Part shown: positions 35,768 to 47,619 of the stretch, one piece after another
Layout: each line of letters starts with the position of its first letter
Numbering within the stretch: position 1 is the first letter of the stretch
Source: Blepharisma stoltei ATCC 30299
Lineage: Eukaryota > Protista > Ciliophora
Length of the DNA: 64,000 nt
Reading direction: 5' to 3'
Assembly (NCBI GenBank): GCA_965603825.1
Contig: CBFDEM010000009.1
Span: 248,001 to 312,000, forward strand
The notes under the pieces: model-generated
Database searches by the model: none
What the model was told of the DNA's origin: nothing
The model's input: the letters and a program-made list of their open reading frames with translations, nothing else
Program-made: the position numbers and the translations under genes

Positions 35768-36664
35768 TTACTTATCTGCAGTTAGCATTTTATTTCTGAT
35801 TTCAGTTGAGCTCACATCTTCTCTGAAATTTGGTAAAGGTATAATCAACCCTCTTAGCACGTCAGGAACCTCATCAACCCTCAGTTCTCTATATTCCTCA
35901 TCAACAACTCTTCCAGCTACCAAAAACTTGTTCCCATGCAGCTTAATTTCCCCCATAGCGATCATCAAGCTATTAGCATCACTATAATATATAGGATTAA
36001 GGATCCTGACAATTGTATCGTACCCAACGATAAAGGTACTGTTTTTAAATAGCATTGATTTATTTACATATAGAGATCGGTTTGTAATCATAATTGGTTG
36101 GGAGAAATCTTTTAATCTAGCTGTTAAATCTTCTTCAGTTACAATTCCTTTGTCAGGATGCTGAATAGTGAGCTCGAAAAGTGCATGCTTGGAGTGCAAA
36201 AACTCTGAAGCTTTCTTTAATAGATTTATATGGCCATGATGAAGGGGCCTGAATGAGCCTGAGAGTATGGCTGCGTTTGATACTTCTAAATCCCTTAGTT
36301 TTTTCCCTGAATAAAAAATTAGATTGTGACAGTCTCCAGTCCTAAGCTCCTCAATTCCAAAGGTGCCACAACAATCAGGATTATCCCACGTCTTTTGTAT
36401 GTTTTCTTCAATTGATTCACTGAAATTTCTATGCTTTTGCATTCATCGCTCATCTGTTTCGATCTCGATCCAATCGCCAATTTTTACACCCACAACTGGC
36501 TGTCTTATTAGGCTTTCAAAGCCTTCATCATTCAGAATCCTACTACACTCAGCAATTCATAAGGTTCTGAGATCTCAGTTTTCTGCAATTACAACAATAT
36601 TTGGAAGGTTAATTGAGCCAAGCATACCTTTGCTGCACGATATTACATATCTGCATGTGTTCAT
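35768..36664 (-). CDS. HxGH nucleotidyltransferase (NMNAT/cytidylyltransferase-like) (three TGA=Trp in the 5' part)
   Basis: LSGSFRPLHHGH, FIVGYDT.VRILNP.YY, FLVAGR, FREDVSSTEIR. Confidence 0.85.
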
Positions 36665-36886
36665 ATTTATCTACTTATATATGTGCATTTATTCAGGAGA
36701 TGAGAAATGATTAGCTTTTCTAATATTTTTCTCTCTAAAATAATTTATATAGACTTTAATATGCTAATATGCTTATTTAGATATTTGCATATTATATAAT
36801 AGAAAGCTCGATTTTTCTTATAAAAAATCAATTTAGTTAATTTATTTTCAAATCTAAAATTATTAATTATTTATATAAATTATTAC

Positions 36887-37396
36887 ATGAAGCAAGGACA
36901 CAAAATTTCAATAAAACTTTTTCCTTATGATGATGCTTATGAGTCTATAACCTGTGGCTTAAAATGTGAGCTCTGTAAAAAGTCATTTAAACGAAAATTT
37001 TCTTATGAAAGGCATATTCGTGTAGTCCACTTAAATCAAAGACCTTATGAGTGTTCCTGCTCCAAGTCGTTTGCAACAAAAGAACAAATAAATAGACATA
37101 TTATTAGTAAGCATACAAATGATAAGCCTTTTTCATGTGAAAAGGGATGTGAAAAATCTTTTACTTCAAAAAACGCAAGACTATATCATTATAAAATGTA
37201 TCATGAAAATCAGAAGTTTAAATGCAATTTCTTAGGCTGTGGAAGAGAGTTTTCTGCATTAAAGCATTTAAGAAACCACTCAGAAAAATCACATCAAGAA
37301 ACATTGCAAACGCTTACTGAAAAGCTAACTGAGAAAAGTGCTATTATAAAAAAGCTAAAAGCAAAAATAAAGAAATTAAAGAAAAATAAGCAATAA
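36887..37396 (+). CDS. C2H2 zinc-finger protein (4 fingers) with a coiled-coil tail
   Basis: CELC..H...H, RPYECSC, KPFSCEKGC, FKCNFLGC fingers. Confidence 0.9.
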   Translation: MKQGHKISIKLFPYDDAYESITCGLKCELCKKSFKRKFSYERHIRVVHLNQRPYECSCSKSFATKEQINRHIISKHTNDKPFSCEKGCEKSFTSKNARLYHYKMYHENQKFKCNFLGCGREFSALKHLRNHSEKSHQETLQTLTEKLTEKSAIIKKLKAKIKKLKKNKQ

Positions 37397-37417
37397 ATTA
37401 AATTATTATTTATGCAT

Positions 37418-39529
37418 TTAAAAAGTTATGCAGATACTTTGAGTACAAAGACGATTGCAGGTCCCTCTTTTTAATTTTTCTTCTTTTTTGTCTTCAAATG
37501 AAGGGATTTCAATTGAGCTGCTCATTCTGCGAGGCTCAGGATTTGTATTGATTTTCTCTTGTGGGTGAGTAGGGGATACTATTATATTATAGTCTTCATC
37601 TATTTCATGAGATCGTTTTTTATTGAAATGAGACGGAGAAGGACGTCCTGGAGATCTAGTTACATCAAATAGGTTTACTTGCTTATGATCAGACATTACT
37701 TTTATATCAATTTGACTAGCATTTGAATCTTCAACTTCAACGCTTTCCATATTATGAGCAATTTTCATTAAATCATTCTTGATTTCTAAGCTTTTTGATA
37801 AATAATCGTTTACATCAATAGAAGTGCCTGAAAGATCTAAACTTTTGGAAAAACTGATATCTTGTGATATATCTGAATAGGAGTATTCGATTGAATTTTC
37901 AATTGGGGATGGGATCTGATAAATGTGTGCAGGCTGTTTATTTTCTATTTTGATATCATTTGAGGAGATTGCCTCAATGGAGGTTATAAGATTTTTACAA
38001 AATTTGTTTTGTGTCACAAATCGTATAAATTCTTCTAAATCAATTTTTCCGTAAGAATTTGTGATAAATGAAGAGGAATATTCTTTAGCTTCAATCAGAA
38101 GTAAGCATGATCTTTCATCAATACAAGTTTCTATTATGCAAAGCAGGGCGATTGCTTCTTCAACACTCAGCAGACCTGATCTGTCATTGCTATGTGCTTG
38201 AAAACAAAGCTCAAGCTTTTCTTCTAGGCTGCCTTCACATATGATTGCAAAGCCACATTTTAAGGCTGTTATATTAATAGAGCTGTTACCCTGCTGATCA
38301 AAAGTGCTGAAAATATTCAACATCACAGGAAATGGTCAATTCAATCGATTTATTAAATTGATAAACTCTTGAAAGCTCACGAAATTGCTTGAAAACGATA
38401 GAGCTGAATGAACAACTTTGCATTTATCAATAGAAAAACTGTTATCTTTGCCCTGGACAAGTGATTTGCATGTTCTGATCTTTGTAAGCCTTTGAATATT
38501 ATTTCTCTCAATATTTTTCGCTCTATTCACAAATAAAACCCTTTCTAAGGCTCGATAATTTGGCTTTAATATAGACTTTTTGATTAATTTTTCAACCGAT
38601 ATTGTCATTGTCCTTGAAATAAAAGCATTTTTTAAAGCAGCCCCAGCAATCATTAAAGTATCAGGAGTTACGATATTTCCTATGTTTTTTATCTCAGCTT
38701 TAACTTGATTTATTAATACTCCCTCATATTTACTTAAAAGAGTTAAAGCAAATTTTTCAATAAATTCGATCCCATATATAAAAATGTTATCCCATATCCT
38801 CATTAAGGTTGATTTCAGTATCAGAGTTGTAAAAAGTGTCGAAAACAAAAATTCCCCAATTCATTTAGTGGTACATAAAAACGCAGCTTTATCTTCATCA
38901 AATGGGCTACTTTCAGATTCTTTGAATTTAGCTGTTAAGGAGTTTAAAAGTCTAGGCCTAAGTATTTCAGCCATCATTTCAAATATTCTCAATTCTGTGT
39001 GCTTTTCGAGCTTTCTGTTTTCTAAGCTCCAGAAGTCCTAATTAAATTTTACTTCAGGTAAAATATCCTCAATTATATGAGAAAATAATATAAAAGCGCG
39101 GCGTTCATTTTTCACTACCGCAATAATAAAAGCTGCTATATGATTCATCTTAAAATCATAATATATATCAGGTCTCTTCAATAAGAACATCCTCATCATC
39201 TCTCTAAAACTTTCGACCCGTTCAGGAGTTTTTAAGCCAGACAAAGTTCCAACCCATGCATTTTCAGCACCATTATTTATTTTTTCTCTTATTTCAACTG
39301 ATATTTCTTTATAACCTTCAATAGAATCAGAGAAGTCTTTTGACTTAGAAACTGTCTCAGGATTGATCAGATTTATTCATACACTAAATCAAGTTTACTC
39401 TTCTCGTTTATCTTTTGGATCAATTGAAAATAAGTGAGATTCCTGCAAAATGCTTATTTTCTGTTTAAATTTTCCTTTTAAATCTAAGAAAGCATCTCAT
39501 GACTTAATTTTTTTGCGGTGATTTCTCAT
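37418..39529 (-). CDS. Divergent TBC (Rab-GAP)-like domain plus EF-hand protein (introns 39384-39398 and 39038-39052; several TGA=Trp)
   Basis: PDIYYDFKMNHIAAF, AF.LF..I.E.ILP, LMRIWD.IF.YG, G.LEEKL.LCF, recoverin-like EF hands; introns and TGA read-through give one frame. Confidence 0.75.
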
Positions 39530-39655
39530 TATTTTTCATTAATTTTGTCATTAAATGATTAATATCATATGAAAGAGAGTCTTATGCTAATATGAATAAT
39601 TTTTATAATATTTTTCTGATTAATTTATATAGAATTTTAAATTATAAATAAAACT

Positions 39656-40880
39656 ATGGAAGCTGAAGAAAAAATTGTCTCAGAGTTGAATAGAATTAAA
39701 GAAATCTCAGCCAACCTTCAGCCAAGAGCTGTTTATTTAGCTGGATGCATAAGAACTAAAACATCTTTATCGCCAGAAGTCATCTACACCTTTATTAATA
39801 AACTTTATGACTCAGTCAAGATTGGTGTGATATCAGAAGAAAATCAGCATAAAATTGAAATAAAACTTTATCAAGGAAAAATTGGAGAAGCAAATGAAAT
39901 GCTTAATGCATTGCCTCTTAAAAAGAGCACAAATCCTAAACTTCCTTCTACAGAACTAATAGCAGCTTCTCCAAATGGGAATACTTATCAATTCAAATAG
40001 ACCCAAAATCCCATCAGCCTTTTCCTGTTTTGCCACTTGTCGGCCCCAACTGTGGCTGCTGTTCTAGAATCGTCCAATACGAGACCACAAATTTGCTAAA
40101 TTCATGTAAACACTATTTTCATCAAGCCTGCTTAAATACTTATTTAACAAGCATGATAAACGATGAAGTTTTAGAAATTGCATGCCCGATTTGGGAATGT
40201 GGGAAAATTATCCAGCCAGCTGACATACAAAACTTTGTCTCTGAAGAGTTTATGAGAAAATATAACGACTATACATTTAAAAAAAGAGTTGAAAAAGGTG
40301 AATTTGGAAATATCATATAGCTTATTGGCTATTATAGCAATTCATCTACATAAGCAGAAATATGATAATCAGAGCCAATTCATAAAAAATTTGCCAATTT
40401 AAAAGGAGAAGGAAAAAAAGCTTATATACAATAAAATGCCCTAACCCATTTTGTTCAGAAATATTCGAGGTAGCTGGAAGTGATGCAGTGTGTCCTGGGT
40501 GCGATCATTTTATACGTGGCGGGTGTATGGCACTTAAAAACCAGTGCAAATGTCATTATCCTGGAAAAATCAGAGATAATAAAACTTGTGCAAGCTGTTT
40601 TATGCAGACAAGACCAGTGCCATGGTCTAAATTGAATTATTGCAATACATGCCATATATATTATTGCTCAACTTGCGAAAAGAGGCTGTATGATTGCAGC
40701 TGTGGAGTCGGGCCATTTAGGATTCAAAATTGTCCCGTGTGTAGAAATATAATTCACGTTAGAGAGGGTCTTGGGAATGTGCAATGTTTAACTTGCAATT
40801 ATGTGATATGTTTAAAATGCTACTATGTAGTGACTAATTGTCAGTGTGAAAAGAGGTACTTAAACACTTTTAAGCATTAA
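39656..40880 (+). pseudogene. RBR-type (RING-IBR) E3 ligase-like gene, interrupted by a frame change (~39940-40000) and a TA-bounded insert (~40316-40433)
   Basis: RING CGCC...CKHYFHQAC...IACPIWEC; IBR-like KCPNPFC...CPGC; further Cys clusters. May be intact in vivo if the insert is an excised IES and the frameshift an error. Confidence 0.6.
40316..40433. other. Candidate internally eliminated sequence (IES), TA-bounded, 107-116 bp
   Basis: AT-rich, stop-containing insert; TA-to-TA excision restores GEFGNII-KCPNPFC; ends show an imperfect inverted repeat TATAGCTT / AAGCTTATA. Confidence 0.55.
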
Positions 40881-41792
40881 TTAATCTAGTTTATTTTCAA
40901 ATATAATTTCTTCGCTATCTTCGTATATAGCTTTTATACTCATTGTATTTCCATCAACTTGCAATATTTCAATTGCTGATTTTATTCCATTAACAGCTTT
41001 ACTAATCCCTGTATCAATAAAAATTGCCTTGCCGCTGCATCTCATTGTGATTTCTTTATACTCAAAATGCCCCATCACCATAAATTTCGCATCTAGTTTT
41101 TTCAGTACAAATTTCAGCTCGTCACAAATTCATTTTTCCTGCTCTCTCGCATACTTTCCAAACCACATAGGGCCACCTTTGCTTCACAACACATTTCTAT
41201 CAGGAGGGTTGTCTCTTGATGCACGATTAATTTCTTCTATAGAGCCAAATTTGGTTAAAATTTCTTCAGAAATTCCTCCATGCACAAACACAATATCCCC
41301 GATTTTTTCTGCTAAATTTCTATTGATAAGAAATGACCCATAATGATCTCTTTCCATAAAAAGCTCTTTACGTTTAGATAAGCCACCGAAAGCTTGGGTG
41401 TCTTTATCAGTTGCATATTTAAAGTTTTGAACTAAATTTAGTTCTTCGTGGTTTCCTAATAAAAGTTTGACTCTTCTATTATGATTTTTTACGAAATAAT
41501 CAAGCAGATTTTTAGCCTCATCTCCTTTGTCAAGAAGATCTCCCAGCTGTATCAGCGTATCTCCATCTCTTCAATCTGTAAAATCAAGAATGTCTAAAAA
41601 TGCACGATAATCCCCATGAAGATCACCAATTGCAATAATTCTGTCATGTTGAAGAGGAATTAAAGGAGCATCAGGCAAAAACTCCATAAATTTAGCAGGC
41701 TCTTTGATATTTGTTGAGAGAATATTAATTGCCACGAAAAATAAGACTGAAACCCCAAGCAGAGCCCAAAGCAAGTTTTTTAGGGTAAACAT
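40881..41792 (-). CDS. Shewanella-like (SLP) calcineurin-like metallophosphoesterase with N-terminal signal/anchor (TGA=Trp at 41571, 41184, 41130)
   Basis: GDLHGD, QLGDLLDKG, LGNHE, FVHGG, GPMW, MVMGH, IDTGIS motifs. Confidence 0.9.
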
Positions 41793-41896
41793 TACAAATA
41801 GCCAATAATAATTTAATTATAATTTTTAAATTAATAAATCCTCAGCACATCCTAAAATTTTTTGAATAAATTAATCTATTGAAAACATGGAGAAAT

Positions 41897-42856
41897 TTAA
41901 ATTTCAATACAAAATTTAGCCATAATATTTTGTTCTTTAAACCATAAATACCCAGCAGCTTTAACAATAGTTTTAATAGGTTCCATAACTGCGATTTCAA
42001 TAAAAAGACAAATCCCAAATGCGACAACAAATGATATTTCATCGTCAAGCTAAATATAAACTACCTCTAATATGAAGCTTGATAAACAAACTGCAATCAT
42101 CGCGATTCAGCTGATAATATATCCTAATAAATTTAGAATAATTGAAATAATTGAGCCCTAAATATTTTATACATTGTCACGAAACAGAGGTGTAAGGGCA
42201 AACCCAACTGGTAGTACTCCCATGCATGAGATTATTGGATATAGGACAAATTTCCCAGCACTATCTCCTGGTTTTAGATCTTCATAAAACAGAAGTAAAA
42301 CCAAAAAAAATTCAGTAAAAATTCCTGTCCATCATATGGTGATCATTGATGTTCTTTTAAATGTCTCTTTGTGAGAGTAATAAAAAGAAAGCGGATAGCA
42401 CTGTTCTTTGAAGTAGCCAAATATAAACTCTTTTTCTTGGTCTTGCAATTTTTTAAGGTCTTTATATTGGGGACTGGCAGGTATTTGGATAGTTAAATTT
42501 CTTTTAAATTTAGGCCGTTTAATAGTGGTGGAATTTAGGGATTCTGGATCTTCGTTTGGCTTTTTAAATTTTGGCTTAGGCTTTGGCTGCTTGCTGTCGA
42601 TTGCACTTATGTCTAAAATTGTGCTTTGGTCGATACCTGACTGAGTATCAACTTTGCCTGAAAATTGAAAAGATTTTGAAGTTTTGGTGATCATGGATTC
42701 TTTTTCAATAGACTTTTTCTTGTTTTGTTTAAATGCGAAGTAAATAAGCATAATAATATAGGTTAAAAATCCGCATATGCTTAAGTAAATAGCAATCATT
42801 TCAATATTTCCATTTATCTTTAAATTCAAGGAATAAGAAGAATTATACCAAAGCAT
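41897..42856 (-). CDS. Multi-pass membrane protein, unknown function (15-nt introns 42158-42172 and 42050-42064; TGA=Trp)
   Basis: ORF 42332-42880 continues through TGA; two canonical tiny introns keep a hydrophobic frame open to TAA 41897-41899. Start uncertain. Confidence 0.7.
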
Positions 42857-43017
42857 AAGAGCATCATTTATTAATGACAAAAATTGGTTTTCTATTATAA
42901 AATAGTGTTAAATTCTAAATAATTTGTGATATAAAACCATAATTATATTACAAATATTTATTAATTTTCATTAAGTTTATATTTCCTGTTTCTATTAATC
43001 AAAGTAAATTTTCAGTT

Positions 43018-44028
43018 ATGGCAAAAAACTACTATTCAACCCTAGGAATCACCAGAGAAGCTACAGATGAAGAAATCAGCCAAGCTTATCGACAATTAGC
43101 ACTTCGTTGGCATCCATCTAAAAAGCCAGATGACCCACACACAGCAACTCACATGTTTAATGAGCTTGCTGAAGCATATGAAGTCTTAAGCAATGATATC
43201 TTCAAAAGCTGCTATGATATGTATGGAGAATATGGCTTAAAAGAAGGAGTAATTGATGGAAAAGGTGGCTATACAGGCGGATATAGATACAGAGGTAATG
43301 CTGAAGAAATCTTTGAAAAATTCTTTGGATCTCCTAATCCATTCTATGGAGGATCAGATGAAGCGACTATAGCTGGAAGTTTATTTGGGGCAGCTACAAG
43401 GGGGATGAAGCAAGTTAAAGCAGACCCTCCACAAGATTTGATTGTTGAAGTGCCGTGCACACTTGCTGAGCTGTACTTAGGATGCCAAAAAAGAGTTACA
43501 TATGAAAAGATTGAGCTGAATAATGATAGAATTACGACCTCAAAAGTCTTGAATACAAAAAATTTAGAAATAAGAAGAGGGTATAGCAATCAGACAATAA
43601 TTTCTTTTCCAGGGGACGGTAATGAATCTCCACATTACCCAAACTCTCAATTAATTTTCAAAATAGTCGAATTGCCACATGAAGCATTCCAAAGGAAAGG
43701 AAATGACCTAATATATACAGCGAAAATCCAGCTCGTTGATGCTTTGATGTCAGATCCAATACAAATTGTAAAAATTACTTAGACTGCTTTAGATGGAAGA
43801 GTTTTAACTCTGTCATTTGATGAAGTTGTGAGCCTTTCAACCAGAAAAATGATTGAAAATGAAGGAATGCCTGTATTTAAGGACAATGAGTATGCCAACG
43901 ATTTGAAAAAGTTTGGATTAGATAAGAGATCAATTGAAAAAGGAAATTTGATTGTGAGATTTGATATTGAATTTCCACAATATATTCCAGAAGAAAAGAA
44001 AAGACAACTTAAATTGCTGCTAAGCTAA
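43018..44028 (+). CDS. DNAJB13: Type II Hsp40, DNAJB13/RSP16-like radial-spoke chaperone (15-nt intron 43768-43782)
   Basis: J-domain with HPS instead of HPD, YGEYGLKEG, F..FFG..NPF, DnaJ C-terminal domain, GNLIVRFDIEFP. Confidence 0.8.
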
Positions 44029-45114
44029 AATTATAAAGTTATTATTAAAAATTGTTAAATTATTTTTTGAGTGTGCATGACGATTTATAAGTTAATGTTG
44101 TGGGAAATATTTTGTTATAAATAGATTTAAGCTACATTAATTTTCAGATTCTTTGCATAAGAATTTGGAAGAATTTCTTTATGCAATCTAAGAATTAAAT
44201 ATTTTCCATATTGTTTTATATGGCACTTCAATATATTGTTATACAAATAAAACTATGGATGATGAATATTTCCGACTTCAGATCTATTGATGACAATATC
44301 CAAATACTGACTTTCACACAATAAAACTACATATAATTAAATTCTTCGCAATTCTATCACAATTTCTAATGTCTCCCCAAGCTAGCTAAAATAGAAATTT
44401 GATATGCCGATTGAGTGAATATGATTATATGCTTATGGTGCAGATTCATATAATCTTAATCACAATTGTGCCAATTTTATCTTAATTGAAGCGCGAAATT
44501 TTGATTTTTAGGGCTTCTCCTTAGCATATGGAATATTAGAAAGCATTAACTCTTTATATGAGAAATGCAAAGCTTATTAATCTATTAGTGTCTTTCTTTT
44601 AATCGATTAACTTTATACGACGATTAAAAAAATTATTGATAAAATTACTGGGCTGTTTATAAACCCCAGTCAGCACTATTAAATCAAGTTTAATTATATT
44701 ATGATAATTAATAATCTCAAAATTTTCCTTCAAAGATATAAAGATTTTAAGAATTATTAATTAAGTCATTTAGTTATTTAAAATAATAACTAATTCTTTA
44801 TTCCTCTTAATTTAACTCTAAAAGTGTTATATCAGCAATATCTATGAGTATGGCAAAGAATAAGCATAAAACATAACAAATATTAAAACAACAGTTAGAG
44901 TAAAAAATCCGTTCTAAATTTAACTTTTAAATATTAAAATTCATGTGGCTATTTAATATCTTATTCTCACAATGCCTCATTACTGTATGATTTTAAGAAA
45001 AAATATTGAGATTGAGACAGGTAAGGATCAAATAATACCCAAAGAAATTAAAAATCAATAGTAATCATTAGTATTCTCCTTGTCGTCAGAAAATATTTAA
45101 AATAACACCAAAAA

Positions 45115-45606
45115 ATGGAAATGAGACGAACAGATGCTGCAAACCGAGGAGACTTGTCACCGATCTCTCCATTTACTCAATTTTGTTTGACTTCTCTACC
45201 GCCAATAGGAGCCTTTAGCATTCGCGCAGAATCAGAAGCGATGGATATTGAAAAAGAAGAAGTAAAACCTGAAGCGGCTCCTCAAGCACCGACTCCTTGT
45301 GGTTGTCAGAAAACCCACTGTTTAAAATTATACTGTGAATGTTTTGCTAATGGACGTTATTGTGTAGGCTGCAATTGTCACAATTGTCATAACCTCTCTA
45401 GCTATGAAGAAATAAGGACTGAATCAGTAAGACAGATCTTAGAAAGAAATCCTGCAGCTTTTAGACAAGATGCAGCTACTAGTCACAAAGCCTGCCATTG
45501 TAAGAGATCAAATTGCATTAAAAAATATTGCGAGTGCTATGAAGATTCTAGGCCTTGCACACCTCTTTGTAAATGTGAAGGTTGCCAGAATATGGGAAAT
45601 CAGTAA
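45115..45606 (+). CDS. Tesmin/TSO1/LIN54-like CRC (two CXC domains) protein
   Basis: CGCQKTHCLKLYCECFA, RNPAAF linker, CHCKRSNCIKKYCECY. Confidence 0.92.
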   Translation: MEMRRTDAANRGDLSPISPFTQFCLTSLPPIGAFSIRAESEAMDIEKEEVKPEAAPQAPTPCGCQKTHCLKLYCECFANGRYCVGCNCHNCHNLSSYEEIRTESVRQILERNPAAFRQDAATSHKACHCKRSNCIKKYCECYEDSRPCTPLCKCEGCQNMGNQ

Positions 45607-45661
45607 ACTAAAAATAAATTTAAAAGTAGTTACTTATGAGAATTATCATTTTTAGCTTTTC

Positions 45662-45958
45662 TTAGAAAAACGTGAATTCAGGCCCAGGTTTTGACACACT
45701 TACAGGAGAATTCAAAGATGTAAGTTTAACTCCAGTTCTTAGCTCAATTACTTTAGCGTGACTAGCCCTAAAATGTTCAAGCAGCATTTCTGCCATTCTC
45801 ATATGTTCCTTAAATTCATTTTCATCAGTAATTGTCTTGAATTTTTCATAATGTTCATGGACACCTTGCAGAATGAATGGTCGATTTTGTGATGGGTAAA
45901 ATCGTCCATGTTTAAAAGTTGTTCTTAGCATAGATAGAATTTTCTGCTTATTATCCAT
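45662..45958 (-). CDS. Small LYR-motif-like mitochondrial protein
   Basis: K.KIL.MLR...K.GR.YP..NR.FI...V.E.YE.FK..TD resembles the Complex1_LYR pattern. Confidence 0.6.
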   Translation of the reverse strand: MDNKQKILSMLRTTFKHGRFYPSQNRPFILQGVHEHYEKFKTITDENEFKEHMRMAEMLLEHFRASHAKVIELRTGVKLTSLNSPVSVSKPGPEFTFF

Positions 45959-45961
45959 TTT

Positions 45962-47404
45962 TTATAATTTTCTTAATCCTAAAAATCCTTCGGCATGCAA
46001 TTCTCCATTATAAACAATTGAGATTCTAGCTCTAGCAGGAAGCGCTATAAAATCGATTAAAGTAAGGCCTGCAATATTTCCGTTGGAATGATTGCTGACA
46101 GACCTTAATTTTCCTGAGCTGTGGTGGACCGCATAACTAGCTGAATTTATAGCTGTCAAAATAGGCTCACCATTTACCAATATTTGAATAGTTGGTTTTT
46201 TCCTTGAATAAAATCCCAGCATCACTTCATAAAGCCCAGGGGCAACTGTAATTATATAAGCCCTGTCCTTTTCCCACATAAAATTGTCTGGAGCTGTATT
46301 AACACTTTGAACTTCCCATGGGACATAGCTGCTTTCATCTAAATTCCCTGATTTTCATATCCATCTCGACACACAATTTTCAGCACATAGCGCTTCAATT
46401 ATTGTTTGTTGCTCCGCTACATATGAAGAAAAGTTGTCAATCCTTAGCTTTACGTCAAGTTCTTTATGAATTTCACTTAAAACTTTATTAACATCGTCAA
46501 TATTTGCTTTCATATCTAGCAGCGTGCACATATCTTTAATGTTTGATTTAACGAGCATATCTCTTGCTACCTCTTCAAGGGCTAATTTAGTGCTTGAAAC
46601 GTGTGCAGCAAGGTCACAAGAATTGCATTTTCGCTGGACTTCTACTTGGAGATGCTCAAGGTTTGTCATGATTTTATCGATCTCTTCTTGTTCTGCTTTT
46701 TGGGCGAGAAATTTATTGAAAATGCTGGAATCGACTTTGGGCTCGAGGACTTTGTGAAGCTCAGATAGGCTTACTTTGTTGTCGAGGGATCTTTCAAAAT
46801 CAGATTCAAGCTTTAATAAATTGTCTTTTATTTGATCTTCTAAATCTTCAATATACATAAAGATTTCTTTTTTATTCTTCATAATAACTTCGTTATACGT
46901 CCCTACATCCACTTTTGATTCTTTGATGCTAGTTATTGCCCGCTCTAACGTAGCAATGTCACTTTTTCCGATCTTTTGAGCTTCTAGTTCGTTAACTTTA
47001 TCAACAATAGCGTCTATATCTTTTTTAATCTCGCTTTTTATCGAAGCTGCTTCTCTTCTCATTAATTTTTTGGGCTCATCTGAATCTTTTTTTCTTTCTT
47101 CAGAGATTTTAATCATTTGTTCTCTTAAATAATGTATTTCATCTTCAAGGCTTCGCTTTAATTCCCCGAACTCATCATTTTTTTTCCTTTTTTCAGCTTT
47201 TAAATCTCTTAAGCATTCATTAACCAATTCTTTGGTTTCTGATTTTATTTTTTCAATTAGCTCAATTGTTGGTTCGTAGTCTGCTTTTTGTGTAAGCGTG
47301 GAAATAAACTTTTCTAAGTCTTTAATATCTGCTTTTTTAGCTAAAGATTTGCGAAGAATCTCGATTTCAGCTTTCATAGTAATAGTGTAGGTGTCTATAT
47401 CCAT
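45962..47404 (-). CDS. Coiled-coil protein with a C1q/TNF-like beta-sandwich C-terminus (TGA=Trp at 46355-46357)
   Basis: RWI-(TGA)-KSG....VPWEVQSVNTAPDNF.WEKD...I.V.PGLYEV..GF; ORFs join in frame. Start uncertain. Confidence 0.75.
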
Positions 47405-47619
47405 ATTGTCAATTATATTTAAAAAAATATTCATTTGAATCACGAATAAACCAATATTGTAAAATAAAATAATTTATGAAAGAATTTATTTTACAAAATA
47501 CAAAAAATGGAAAAAAATTAAAATAAACAATTATAAACTCTTATTATGTTTTATAATGAAATTATTTAAGGCTAAAAATCTGTCTGTGAAGTATCATGAA
47601 ATATCCATATTTATAAAGT

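Noticed and set aside
39995-40000. AAA-TAG as a Euplotes-type programmed frameshift site
   Set aside because: The genome features are heterotrich, not euplotid; the +1 frame closes quickly, and a single-base indel explains the break more simply.
44255-44389. 44-codon ATG ORF open under TGA=Trp
   Set aside because: No motif or periodicity; length is compatible with chance.
44647-44670. Short hairpin actgggctgtttataaaccccagt in a 1-kb intergenic region
   Set aside because: A single short imperfect palindrome with no second copy or recognisable ncRNA context.
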